Shown: piece after piece, positions 1 to 8,685 of the stretch
How positions within the stretch are numbered: the first letter of the stretch is position 1
Layout: each line of letters begins with the position of its first letter
Source: Dehalococcoidia bacterium
GTDB lineage: Bacteria > Chloroflexota > Dehalococcoidia > DATDQG01
Direction: 5' to 3'
Assembly: GCA_035292365.1 (NCBI GenBank)
Contig: DATDQG010000028.1
Coordinates: 1-48,822, forward strand
DNA length: 48,822 bases
Position numbers and translations under genes: made by a program
Notes under the pieces: generated by a model
Told to the model about the DNA's origin: nothing
What the model saw: the letters and a program-made list of their open reading frames with translations, nothing else
Databases searched by the model: none

Positions 1-900
1 GAGCCCAACGTCATCGTGGGCCGTCCTCATCCTGCCCTTCGGCCCGTGGGGCCGGAGGGCTATGGCTTGCGTCGAGACGACCTGAGCACCGATGTGCGGC
101 AGGTCCGGAATGTCCTCAAGAGCTGGGCGGAGTTGAAGACCACCAAGCACCCTCAGGCTGGGAATGGACTGACGCATCTCTTCATCACGCCCAAGTACCG
201 CCACGGCGCGCACACCACGCCTGTAGACTCGGAGACAACCGCGGCCTGGTTCGGACCATTTAGCGACGTGTACCGCCACGACAAACGGCAGCCCTGGGTC
301 AACGAGAGCTACGTGGACATCAACCCGCTTGACGCCAAGGCCCTGGGCATCGAGGAGGGCGACTACGTCTGGATCGACGCCGACCCTGAGGACCGGCCCT
401 ACCGCGGCTGGAAAGAGACCGATCCAGACTACAAAGTGATGCGCATGATGACGCGCGCTCGCTATTACAACGGCATCCCCCGGGGCGTGCTCCGCATGTG
501 GTACAACATGTATATGGCCAGCCACGGCAGCGTGGAGGCACATGAGCAGCGCGCCGACGGCCTCGCCAAGAATCCCCGCTCCGGCTACCAGTCCATGTTC
601 CGCTACGGCGGCCATCAGTCGGCCACCCGCGCCTGGCTGCGCCCCACCCTCCTCACCGATTCGATTGTCCGGAAGAACAACATGGGCCAGGTGATCGGCC
701 AGGGGTTCGAGTCGGACGTGTACTGCGCCAACGGCGCTCCCAAAGAGTCCTTCGTCAAGATCACCAAGGCCGAAGACGGCGGCATGGGCGGCAAGGGGCT
801 GTGGCGGCCGGTGACTCAGGGCCTGCGGCCCACCAAAGAGAGCGACGCGATGAAGCAGTACCTCAGCGGCGGCTTCGTGGAAGTACGGCAGAGGGCGTAG
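1..900 (+). CDS. C-terminal part of a bis-MGD molybdopterin oxidoreductase catalytic alpha subunit (NarG/NxrA/EbdA-like, type II DMSO reductase family); the 5' end lies outside the window
   Basis: Frame 1 is open from base 1 to the stop at 898-900. The C-terminal segment (..[66 protein letters not shown]..) resembles the C-terminal beta-barrel (molydopterin dinucleotide-binding) domain of NarG-type enzymes. It is immediately followed by the beta, gamma and chaperone genes. Confidence 0.75.
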   Translation, partial: EPNVIVGRPHPALRPVGPEGYGLRRDDLSTDVRQVRNVLKSWAELKTTKHPQAGNGLTHLFITPKYRHGAHTTPVDSETTAAWFGPFSDVYRHDKRQPWVNESYVDINPLDAKALGIEEGDYVWIDADPEDRPYRGWKETDPDYKVMRMMTRARYYNGIPRGVLRMWYNMYMASHGSVEAHEQRADGLAKNPRSGYQSMFRYGGHQSATRAWLRPTLLTDSIVRKNNMGQVIGQGFESDVYCANGAPKESFVKITKAEDGGMGGKGLWRPVTQGLRPTKESDAMKQYLSGGFVEVRQRA

Positions 901-929
901 AAGTACGGCACACGGATCAGGAGGTAACC

Positions 930-2066
930 ATGCCAAAGGTCTTCAACTGGCAGATAAACCGGGAGATAGAGTACCCCTATGAGGCGGCTCCTCCCAAGAA
1001 GCAGTTTGCCGCCGTGTTCGACATCAACAAGTGCATCGCCTGCCAGACCTGCTCCATGATCTGCAAGAACGCTTGGACCTCGGGGCGTGGCCAGGAGTAC
1101 ATGTGGTGGAACAACGTCGAGACCAAGCCTTATGGAGGCTATCCCCAAGGCTGGGACATGCGCATCCTCTCGCTCCTTGGCCCGCAGAGCTGGGACGGCA
1201 ATACCTACACCGGCAAAACCCTGATCGAGGCGGCCTTGGAGCGGTCGGAAGGCCGCACGGTGCTGGGCTGGCTGCCCGAGGACGAAGACTGGGCCAACGT
1301 CAACCTGGGTGAGGACGAGAGCTACGGCCTCATCGAAGGTGGCACGTACTTCACCATGCCTCATCCCGTCTGGTCGTTCTACCTCCAGCGCATCTGCAAC
1401 CATTGCACCTTGCCCGCCTGCCTGGCCGCCTGCCCGCGCAAGGCGATCTACAAGCGGCCCGAGGATGGCATTGTCCTGGTGGACCAGGAGCGCTGCCGGG
1501 GCTACCGCGAATGCGTACAAGCTTGCCCCTTCAAGAAGGTACTCTACAACGTGGCCACGAGAGTGGCGGAAAAGTGCATCGCTTGCTTCCCCCGTATTGA
1601 GCAGGGGCTGCAGCCCTACTGCACCGTCGGCTGCATCGGCCGCATCCGCATCAATGGCTGGATCCATACGCCCCAAGAGGTGGACCCGGAGAACCCCGTG
1701 GACTACCTCGTGCACGTGCGGAAAGTAGCGCTGCCGCTCTACCCGCAGTTCGGCCTCCAGAACAACATCTACTACGTGCCGCCCATCCATGTGCCTCCAG
1801 CCTACCTCCGTCAGATGTTCGGCCCCCAAGTAGATAAGGCGATGGAGGCCTACCGGCAGGCGAAAGACGACCCTGAGATGCTCGGGGTGTTCCTCCTGAT
1901 GGGCGCCACCGACAAGTGGGTGGAGAAGTTCCGCGTGAGGGGTGACGAGGTGATGGGGTACGATGCCAAGGGAGACGAGATCATCCGGGTGCCACTGAAG
2001 GAGCCCATTTTCATCCGGCCTAACTTCGACGTAGTGCGGCAGGTGTTCCGCCACAACACGACGTGA
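930..2066 (+). CDS. Fe-S beta subunit of a Nar/Nxr/Ebd/Pcr-type molybdoenzyme (NarH/NxrB-like, four Fe-S cluster motifs)
   Basis: ATG at 930 follows AGGAGG (919-924). The upstream part of the 801 ORF overlaps the alpha gene and is rejected. Cys motifs present: CIACQTCSMICK, CNHCTLPACLAACP, CRGYRECVQACP, CIACFPRIEQGLQPYCTVGC. The EYMWWNNVETKPYGGYP block is typical of NarH/NxrB-type subunits. Confidence 0.9.
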   Translation: MPKVFNWQINREIEYPYEAAPPKKQFAAVFDINKCIACQTCSMICKNAWTSGRGQEYMWWNNVETKPYGGYPQGWDMRILSLLGPQSWDGNTYTGKTLIEAALERSEGRTVLGWLPEDEDWANVNLGEDESYGLIEGGTYFTMPHPVWSFYLQRICNHCTLPACLAACPRKAIYKRPEDGIVLVDQERCRGYRECVQACPFKKVLYNVATRVAEKCIACFPRIEQGLQPYCTVGCIGRIRINGWIHTPQEVDPENPVDYLVHVRKVALPLYPQFGLQNNIYYVPPIHVPPAYLRQMFGPQVDKAMEAYRQAKDDPEMLGVFLLMGATDKWVEKFRVRGDEVMGYDAKGDEIIRVPLKEPIFIRPNFDVVRQVFRHNTT

Positions 2067-2077
2067 GGAGGGTTGCG

Positions 2078-3079
2078 ATGGCACTGAGGCGTTTCTTTCC
2101 ATACCTGCTCTTTGTCATAGCGCTGGCGGTGGCGGCTGCCCTCGCCAACCAGGGAGTCGCTCTCGCCCAGCAAGGCCCGACACTCACGTCGAAGAAGGTG
2201 GCGCAGGTCCCGCTTGACCCGAAGGCGTCGGTCTGGGGACAAGCGAGGGCCACGGATGTCCCTCTGACGCCGCAAAACATCGCGGTGCCGCGACTCAATG
2301 AGGTCTCGATCTCCACGGTGCGCGTGCGCTCGCTGCACGACGACGAGAAGGTGGGGTTCCTTCTGGAGTGGCAAGACGCGACGCGTGACGCGCGCGCCAG
2401 CCACCCCGACGAGTTCCGCGATGCCGCTGCCCTCCTCTTCAGCCTGAGCCCGGACCTGCCGAACATCTGCATGGGCGCGCCCGGGCAGCTCGCGAATCTT
2501 TGGCACTGGAAGGCGGACTGGCAGGAGGACATCGACAAGGGGTTCCAGGACGTCGTGCAGGCGTACCCGAACTTCTATAAGGACGTCTACGCGGGCGTCT
2601 CGGGGACGCCGCCATATCAAGCGCCTCAAGATTTCAGCAGCGCTCTGGCCCAGAGCTACTTCATTGGCTCGTCGGCGGGGAACCCGCTCTCGCAGTTCGA
2701 GAAGGCGTCGCCCGTCGAGGAGCTGGTCTCGGCCGGATTTGGGACCGCCACGCACAAGGCGGCGCAGAACGTGGCCGGCAAGGGTGTCTGGGAGAACGGG
2801 CGCTGGCGAGTCGTCTTGGTACGCTCGCTCCAGACCAGCGACGCCGAGGCGGCGCCCCTGGCCGGGCGCACCGAGGTCCCGCTGGCCGTGGCGGTGTGGA
2901 ACGGAGCCAACAGGGAGGTCGGCGCGCGCAAGCAGCTCTCCAGCTTCTTGACACTGAGCTTCGTGGAGCGAGCAGGCCTCGAGGGCGCACAGCTCGCCGT
3001 GGTCATCGCCGTTGCGCTGATGGTCGTGGTGGCCGTTGGGGCAATCTGGCTCCGCCGTCGGCCAGCATCCGCGGCGTGA
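2078..3079 (+). CDS. Putative haem-b gamma subunit (EbdC/NxrC/PcrC-like) with an N-terminal signal peptide and a C-terminal membrane anchor
   Basis: ATG at 2078 follows GAGGAG (2065-2070). The N-terminus MALRRFFPYLLFVIALAVAAALANQGVALAQQ is signal-peptide-like. Position after the beta gene and a length of 333 aa fit gamma subunits of type II DMSO reductases. A C-terminal hydrophobic helix LAVVIAVALMVVVAVGAIWL is followed by RRR. Confidence 0.65.
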   Translation: MALRRFFPYLLFVIALAVAAALANQGVALAQQGPTLTSKKVAQVPLDPKASVWGQARATDVPLTPQNIAVPRLNEVSISTVRVRSLHDDEKVGFLLEWQDATRDARASHPDEFRDAAALLFSLSPDLPNICMGAPGQLANLWHWKADWQEDIDKGFQDVVQAYPNFYKDVYAGVSGTPPYQAPQDFSSALAQSYFIGSSAGNPLSQFEKASPVEELVSAGFGTATHKAAQNVAGKGVWENGRWRVVLVRSLQTSDAEAAPLAGRTEVPLAVAVWNGANREVGARKQLSSFLTLSFVERAGLEGAQLAVVIAVALMVVVAVGAIWLRRRPASAA

Positions 3080-3091
3080 GGGGAGTCCATC

Positions 3092-3763
3092 ATGACCGAT
3101 ACCCGTTCGCTGGAGTCGCTGATAGCTCATGCGTTAGCCTATCGCTGGGCCGGCCGCCTCTTCGCCCACCCAGACGCCAACCTGCTCGACACTCTAAGTA
3201 GTAAGCGGGCCTGGCAAGAAGTGACGGAAGCCGTGGCAAATCTGGACGATGCGGAGTCCGTGGCCAATGCTCTCACCACCCTCCGGCTTGCCTGGTTAGA
3301 CTGCATCAGCGATGGCCAGTCGCTGGCCACCGAGTACACACGCCTCTTCGCTCGCGAGGTGCCATGCCCGCCATATGAAAGCAGCTACGGCGTCCAACAG
3401 ACTTTCTCCAGAGTGCAAGCGCTGTCGGAGCTGGCGGGCTTGTACGCCGTCTTCGGCTTCAAGATCGCCGAGGCGCACCGAGACCTGCATGACCACATCG
3501 GGGTGGAGCTCGAGTTCCTGAGCCTGCTGTACAGCAAGGAGGCGGTAGCCCTGGAACGCGGCTGGACGGCGCGGGCTCGTCTGTGTCACAAGGCGCGAAT
3601 GGCCTTCTGCGAGGAGCACCTCGGTTGGATATCCAATCTCACCCAGAAACTGCAACAGCACGCATCGCTCGCATTCTACCCTGCCTCCGCGGCCTGGGCC
3701 CAAGCCCTTCTAGACCTGGAGGCTGCCCATGAGTATCGCGGCCCTGCTGTCGCCTCCCGCTGA
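3092..3763 (+). CDS. NarJ/TorD/DmsD-family redox-enzyme maturation chaperone
   Basis: ATG at 3092 follows GAGGGGA. It has the EYTRLF motif typical of NarJ/TorD-like chaperones, is 223 aa long, and sits directly after the alpha-beta-gamma genes. Confidence 0.75.
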   Translation: MTDTRSLESLIAHALAYRWAGRLFAHPDANLLDTLSSKRAWQEVTEAVANLDDAESVANALTTLRLAWLDCISDGQSLATEYTRLFAREVPCPPYESSYGVQQTFSRVQALSELAGLYAVFGFKIAEAHRDLHDHIGVELEFLSLLYSKEAVALERGWTARARLCHKARMAFCEEHLGWISNLTQKLQQHASLAFYPASAAWAQALLDLEAAHEYRGPAVASR

Positions 3764-4742
3764 CAACGCCCGTCTGACCGCCTGGCGACCGGCGCTCCTT
3801 GCCCTTCTGGCAGGAGCGGCGCTGGCGGAGCTTCTGCTACTGCGCTTCGCCCTGCGCGTGGGGCCGATGCTGCGCGGCAACGAGGAGTACGCGGAGCTGT
3901 TCCGACGCGTTCAGGGCTTGGGCGTCGTCGCCCTAAACCTCGCCATGCTGTTGGGGACCGCGCTGCTGGCGCTCATGGCCATCCGCTGGCTCGGCCAGCC
4001 GCGGAGCGCAGCCTGGGTGGCCGCGCTCGCCGCGCTGGGCTTCGCCGGGACGATGGCAGCCGCGGTCGCTGGTGGCGCGATGGTCGGCACAGCATGGACT
4101 GCCGGGGTGTCCATCATGGCGCTGACGACCGCCTGGATAGCCATGACGGCACAGGGGCGATTCCGGCTGCTGCCGACGTTGGTGCTGGTCACTTACGTGG
4201 TCGTTGACGTTTCCTACTTGAGCCAGACCATGGGGGTCCCCGAGTCGTCGCCTGGGTTCGGTTGGATGTTCTTTCTTGGAGAGACACTGGCGGTGCTGGT
4301 CGCGGTCTGCGCCGCGCCGGCCGAGTGGCCGGGATGGCAGCCGCGCGCCGCCGCACTGGCCCTGGTGGCCGTGGCGCTGTTCTCGGGTCTCGTGGCCTTC
4401 CAGAGACCCATCGCGTCGGCGATGGCGATGTGGAACTTCTCCTTCAGCCTCTTCTTGCCGCTGCCACTGTATGCCGCCGCCCTTGGTTCCTACGCCTATG
4501 CCGTGCTGGGTCTCTGGTCACGTGGCGGCCTGGCGCGGCAGAAGGCGCTCGGCCTTCTGCTGATCGCGCTTGGGGGCCTCAAGCTCGACTACACCTATTA
4601 CCAGCTCCTCGCGGTCGTGGGATTCCTCGCCCTCCTGCAGGCATACGAGGCAGCGCCCGCCGCAGACAGCCTCGTCAGTCCAGGCAACGCCACCAAGGCC
4701 GCTGCGACAAGGGCTTCGTCACCCGAGCGGGTCGTTCTCTAG
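3729..4742 (+). CDS. Polytopic membrane protein of unknown function (about 8-9 hydrophobic helices, no histidine)
   Basis: ATG at 3729 is preceded by GGAGG (3718-3722) with a 6-nt spacer. It overlaps the chaperone gene by 35 nt. The sequence is Ala/Leu/Gly-rich with repeated hydrophobic stretches, and I recognise no family. Confidence 0.6.
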   Translation: MSIAALLSPPADNARLTAWRPALLALLAGAALAELLLLRFALRVGPMLRGNEEYAELFRRVQGLGVVALNLAMLLGTALLALMAIRWLGQPRSAAWVAALAALGFAGTMAAAVAGGAMVGTAWTAGVSIMALTTAWIAMTAQGRFRLLPTLVLVTYVVVDVSYLSQTMGVPESSPGFGWMFFLGETLAVLVAVCAAPAEWPGWQPRAAALALVAVALFSGLVAFQRPIASAMAMWNFSFSLFLPLPLYAAALGSYAYAVLGLWSRGGLARQKALGLLLIALGGLKLDYTYYQLLAVVGFLALLQAYEAAPAADSLVSPGNATKAAATRASSPERVVL

Positions 4743-5008
4743 CGCTTCGCCGGCCGTCTACCGGTCGGCAGACCCGTCTCCCGGATGGGCAGGTTCTCGT
4801 CTGACGCCGTCTCCCTCGCTTGACCCGCGTGCCGCTCTTCGCCGGTCCACTCGGGCGGCGCATTCATGAAATAGCGCTCCTCGGCGCAGTGTTTGCAGAC
4901 GCCTTTGCTGAGCGGTCCAGATGGCGGCTCGATGAGCCAGTGGTGCTGACACTGCGGTTGAACCGGCTGGTCTGCTGTCGGTTGAGCTGCGGTTGCTTGG
5001 CCCGTCAT
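4739..5008 (-). CDS. Small Cys/His-containing hypothetical protein (89 aa)
   Basis: The internal ATG at 5008 is preceded by GAGGAGG with a 5-nt spacer, so I prefer it to the 5074 ORF start. It contains C-Q-H-H ... C-K-H-C (possible zinc knuckle). It converges on the previous gene with a 4-nt overlap. Confidence 0.4.
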   Translation of the reverse strand: MTGQATAAQPTADQPVQPQCQHHWLIEPPSGPLSKGVCKHCAEERYFMNAPPEWTGEERHAGQARETASDENLPIRETGLPTGRRPAKR

Positions 5009-5344
5009 GAGAAGCCTCCTCGCCGATGCACCCTGGCGCGCCCGGGCTTCACCGGAGAAACTCGCTCGGCTCATGCTATGAGTCGCGCATGGCGGAGGCG
5101 TGTTCGCGGGCGCGGCAGATGTGAAGATGTCGTGAACTGCTGCAACCAGGCTGTGGCTGCGAAGCCTTCACACGGTTTTCACGGTAGGCCCGGCATTCAT
5201 GACGCGGGCAGCACAGTGGACGCGTACCGTGCACTTGTCGGAGGGCGCTCGGGCGCTCATGCGGAGCATGGCCTTCGGGGGGTGAGCATGCCGCAAAACG
5301 ACGACGACGGCGAAAACAAGCGTGCTAGTGAGTAGGAGGGTGTC

Positions 5345-5761
5345 ATGCAACTCAGGGACATCGTTCATGCCAAGGTGATCACGGTCGAAGGGAGCGATGC
5401 GGTGACGCTGGCGGCGAGACGGATGAAGGAAGCCAACGTGGGGTGCGTTGTGGTAGCCGGGTCCGCGGTGATGGGGATTCTCACCGACCGTGACCTCACG
5501 GTGCGTTGTCTCGCGGAGGGACACGATAGCCGCACCTGCACGGTCTCGCAACACATGACGAGCCCGGCGATCGTGGTGTCACCGACGCTGGACGTGCTCG
5601 ATGCGGCCCATCTGATGACGGAACGGAAGGTGAAGCGGCTTCCCATGGTGGAGGCAGGTCACCTGGTTGGCCTCGTCTCCTTTTCCGACATCGCGCAGGC
5701 CATGGACCGGCCGCTGCACGACCTGATGATCGGGATGGGGGCCGCTCGTCGGGCAGCGTAG
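5345..5761 (+). CDS. CBS-domain pair protein
   Basis: ATG follows AGGAGGG. The 138-aa protein has two CBS-like repeats (..VITVEGSDAVTLAARRMKEANVGCVVV.. and ..IVVSPTLDVLDAAHLMTERKVKRLPMVE..GLVSFSDI). Confidence 0.85.
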   Translation: MQLRDIVHAKVITVEGSDAVTLAARRMKEANVGCVVVAGSAVMGILTDRDLTVRCLAEGHDSRTCTVSQHMTSPAIVVSPTLDVLDAAHLMTERKVKRLPMVEAGHLVGLVSFSDIAQAMDRPLHDLMIGMGAARRAA

Positions 5762-5889
5762 ATTCCCGACCGCAGGCCGCTGGGAGGTTCGGCCGGGATG
5801 GGTTGGACGCTCCCCGGTGACGAGAAGAATACGCTGCGAGAAGCCGAGCCTCCCAGCGCGAAAGTCGCCCAGGGAGCGAGTGCCCTCCG

Positions 5890-6894
5890 TCAACCTTTGA
5901 TTGACCGCCGCTCTTGACTGCTCATCCCTCCGGGCGTGCCATCGACATGTGGCGCCTCCATAACGACTCGGTAAGGACCACATGCCGATTCGACTCGGAG
6001 ATTCGTGAAGACGGATGGTGACCGAACGCACCCGGGGCTGACTACCCACGGGCTGAAGGCCACAGGTACGGGCGTTTGCTTCCCGCCTGCCCTGAGCACG
6101 CCTTGGTCGCGTCCCGCGGGGATGTAGCGAACCCGTATGGTCGGATCAGGCCCTGCCGGAGGTGGAATTAGAATGCTCATGGTGTCGGGACCCACAACGC
6201 GTAGCCGCACGGACACATCCTGAATCGTCTCCGCAAGCAGCGCCTCGGCGTGATTGGCGACCTCGTCCGCGGCGCCGTGGCCGTCTCCCCACACCGAATG
6301 CAGCCGAGCTTCGATGCTCCTGAGTTCCTCAATGGTGAGGTTTTGCGCCGGTGCGGCGCACATCCGAACCGGGAAGCGCCCTCGCTGCGGAAGATACCAA
6401 TGGCGGTCAGAGTCGCGGAGCTCGAACTTATCCGAGTTAGGTGGCTTCGACAGAGCTGTAAGCATAGGCCGAACCTCGCCACGGTTCCACTCGAAGCCGG
6501 TGATTACGAGGTCGAAGGATCTAGCACTCCATTCATGACGGTACTTTTCGAGGATGAGCGGACGAGCCTCGTTCAGTCGGTCCCTGAGGTCTCGAACTCG
6601 GCGACCTAGGTACTGAACTTCGTAGCTAGTGGTCATGAGGAATGGGACGGAGCCCTTACCGCGGCGCCCTTCGGGAAAGGTCAGGCCCGTGAGAGTCTGT
6701 GCGATCCACTGATCGGTGGGAATGGTTCCGATGTACGCCATCCCTGTATACCCGATTGCGACAACCCCGTTCCTGTCGCCGAAAAGGACATTCTTGTTGG
6801 CATCGGGGTCGTGCTCGGCGGCATTCCTGGTCACTTTGCGGTCGGTCACCATCAACGCGTAGCGAGAGGATGTGCGGGTCACGATCAGGGTCAT
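5890..6894 (-). CDS. Hypothetical protein with no recognised family; N-terminal Met-Thr followed by a beta-strand-like pattern
   Basis: A 334-aa ORF whose ATG at 6894 has GAGG upstream. GC is lower than the flanks. The N-terminus MTLIVTRTSSRYALMVTDRKVT loosely recalls Ntn/proteasome-like (HslV/Anbu) N-termini. That resemblance is unverified. Confidence 0.55.
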   Translation of the reverse strand: MTLIVTRTSSRYALMVTDRKVTRNAAEHDPDANKNVLFGDRNGVVAIGYTGMAYIGTIPTDQWIAQTLTGLTFPEGRRGKGSVPFLMTTSYEVQYLGRRVRDLRDRLNEARPLILEKYRHEWSARSFDLVITGFEWNRGEVRPMLTALSKPPNSDKFELRDSDRHWYLPQRGRFPVRMCAAPAQNLTIEELRSIEARLHSVWGDGHGAADEVANHAEALLAETIQDVSVRLRVVGPDTMSILIPPPAGPDPTIRVRYIPAGRDQGVLRAGGKQTPVPVAFSPWVVSPGCVRSPSVFTNLRVESACGPYRVVMEAPHVDGTPGGMSSQERRSIKG

Positions 6895-7043
6895 GGTAGC
6901 CTCAGCAGGACCTCGAACGGATGACGGGGCTCACTCAAAAGGGACGCTCGCCTAACCCTGGCGTTCACTCGCCGCGCCCGAAGCGAAGCGGGGGCGGCTC
7001 GGCTGCATGCAGTGTTGGGCGGCGGCCCCTGTTGCACGAACTG

Positions 7044-7742
7044 CTATACAAGCCTTCCACCGCCATCTATATGCAGAACCTCACCAGTCATAAAGCCGTT
7101 GGTCATCAACAGCACCACCGCTTGCGCGACTTCCTCAGCCAAGCCTACTCGTTTCACGGGTAGTCTATCCGTCGCCCAGGCCGCCATTTCGTCGCGGCCT
7201 TCTCCCATCAACGGCGTGTCAATCGTGCCGCCTGCGACAGCGTTGACGCGGATAGGTGCTAACTCAAGTGCTAACCCTCTCACCAGGACCTCGATTGCCC
7301 CGAACATGGCTTCTGTGACCACGGCACCAACCCTCGGTCTGGAAGCAAGTGACCCCGTTAAGAAAGTGATTGAGCCATGTGTCATCTTTGGGACCGCGGC
7401 TCGGACGACGTATAGTGGACCCCAGAAACGCTGCTCAACATCGGAACGCAGGGTCTTCAAATCGGCTTCCAAGACCTTGCCCAAGAACAGCTGACCTGCT
7501 GAAATGAAAACATGGTCGACTCGATCCATTTCTCGGAATATCTCTTGCACACCTGCTTCGCTGGTAATATCTGCGGTGACTGCTCGAACATCGCCAAGCT
7601 GCTGCACTGCATGTCGAAGTGTTTCGCTGGAGCGGCCTGCAATAGTTACGTTCGCACTTTGTTCCTTCACCAGTTTGGCAGTAGCGAGGCCTATTCCAGA
7701 ACTCCCACCTACGATGACCACATTAGTTCCATGAAGATTCAT
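7044..7742 (-). CDS. Short-chain dehydrogenase/reductase (SDR)
   Basis: The internal ATG at 7742 follows GAGGTG and removes an 8-codon extension. It carries the Rossmann motif VVIVGGSSGIGLATA. Length (232 aa) and overall pattern are those of a classical SDR. Confidence 0.9.
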   Translation of the reverse strand: MNLHGTNVVIVGGSSGIGLATAKLVKEQSANVTIAGRSSETLRHAVQQLGDVRAVTADITSEAGVQEIFREMDRVDHVFISAGQLFLGKVLEADLKTLRSDVEQRFWGPLYVVRAAVPKMTHGSITFLTGSLASRPRVGAVVTEAMFGAIEVLVRGLALELAPIRVNAVAGGTIDTPLMGEGRDEMAAWATDRLPVKRVGLAEEVAQAVVLLMTNGFMTGEVLHIDGGGRLV

Positions 7743-7914
7743 AACACACACCTCGTTGTGGACCAACTATACCACTACATGCAATATAAGACCATCGTAA
7801 AGGGCGTTGCGCCGCAATGCCAACCACTCTCATGGACCGGCCATTGAGATATTCACTCAAGACCTCCCCATTTTTCAACCCAGTCCGCCAAGTGCGGCGC
7901 ACACATAGGACCTC

Positions 7915-8484
7915 TCAAGAAGACCCAGCCCCGCCGGCGAATACGGTCAGGACGCCAAGGAGGATGAACAGCGCCGCGGCAACCCATCGCATCACCTTCA
8001 TGTTTACACGATGGGCCAAGGCCTCGCCCATCCAAACCGCAGGGACGTTCGCGACCATCATGCCCAGCGTGGTCCCCACGACGACCGCAACGAGGGGATC
8101 GTACCGGGTCGCAAGCGCCACGGTGGCAAGTTGACTCTTATCGCCCATCTCAACCAGAAAGAAGGCGATGAGCGTGGTCACGAACACACCGGCGCCTCGG
8201 AAGGCCTGGTTGTCCTCCAGTTTGTCGGGCTTCAGCGCCCAGAGGCCGAAGCCGAAGAACGAGGCAGCGACGATCCACTTCATAGTCTCCGGCGACAGTA
8301 GACTTGCGACCCAAGCGCCGACGGAGCCGGCGAGAAAGTGATTGAGGAGAGTAGCAAACAGGATGCCCAGGACAATGGACACCTTGTTCTTGAATTTGGC
8401 CGCGAGCACAAATGACAGAAGCTGGGTTTTGTCACCCATTTCCACGAGCGCTACGACCGAGATGGAGATGAGCAGAGCTTCCAC
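7915..8484 (-). CDS. UPF0016 / GDT1 (TMEM165)-family cation (Mn2+/Ca2+) transporter
   Basis: Two copies of the family signature E-x-G-D-K-[ST] are present (EMGDKTQ and EMGDKSQ) in a six-helix membrane protein. GTG at 8484 follows AAAGGAG with a 7-nt spacer, so I prefer it to the ORF-track start at 8523. Confidence 0.85.
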   Translation of the reverse strand: MEALLISISVVALVEMGDKTQLLSFVLAAKFKNKVSIVLGILFATLLNHFLAGSVGAWVASLLSPETMKWIVAASFFGFGLWALKPDKLEDNQAFRGAGVFVTTLIAFFLVEMGDKSQLATVALATRYDPLVAVVVGTTLGMMVANVPAVWMGEALAHRVNMKVMRWVAAALFILLGVLTVFAGGAGSS

Positions 8485-8615
8485 GTGTGAACTCCTTTGG
8501 GTTTTTCGTTGGTTTGGGCCCACCTTTCCTGCGTCATCTTGCGCAGTGCGACGTGCAGCATCCCATCATGGGTACGGCCCTCCACACACGGTGTGCGTCT
8601 GAGGTCAGGGCCAAT

Positions 8616-8672
8616 AAAAAAGACCTCGACCTCACCTCGCCCGCTTACGCGGGCGGATGCAGGCCGAAGGTC
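8616..8672 (-). terminator. Candidate intrinsic terminator inside the UPF0016 leader
   Basis: The minus-strand RNA reads GACCUUCGGCCUGCAUCCGCCCGCGUAAGCGGGCGAGGUGAGGUCGAGGUC followed by UUUUUU. The inner perfect hairpin is CGCCCGC-GUAA-GCGGGCG. The outer pairing GACCUU/GAGGUC abuts the U6 run. Confidence 0.45.
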
Positions 8673-8685
8673 GGCTGAGCTAGCG

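Noticed and set aside
816-3130. Long minus-strand ORFs (816-2102, 428 aa; 1850-3130, 426 aa) opposite the beta and gamma genes
   Set aside because: The + strand products carry unmistakable Fe-S and signal-peptide features. The minus-strand translations are Arg/Pro/Gly/His-rich low-complexity sequences typical of antisense shadows in high-GC DNA.
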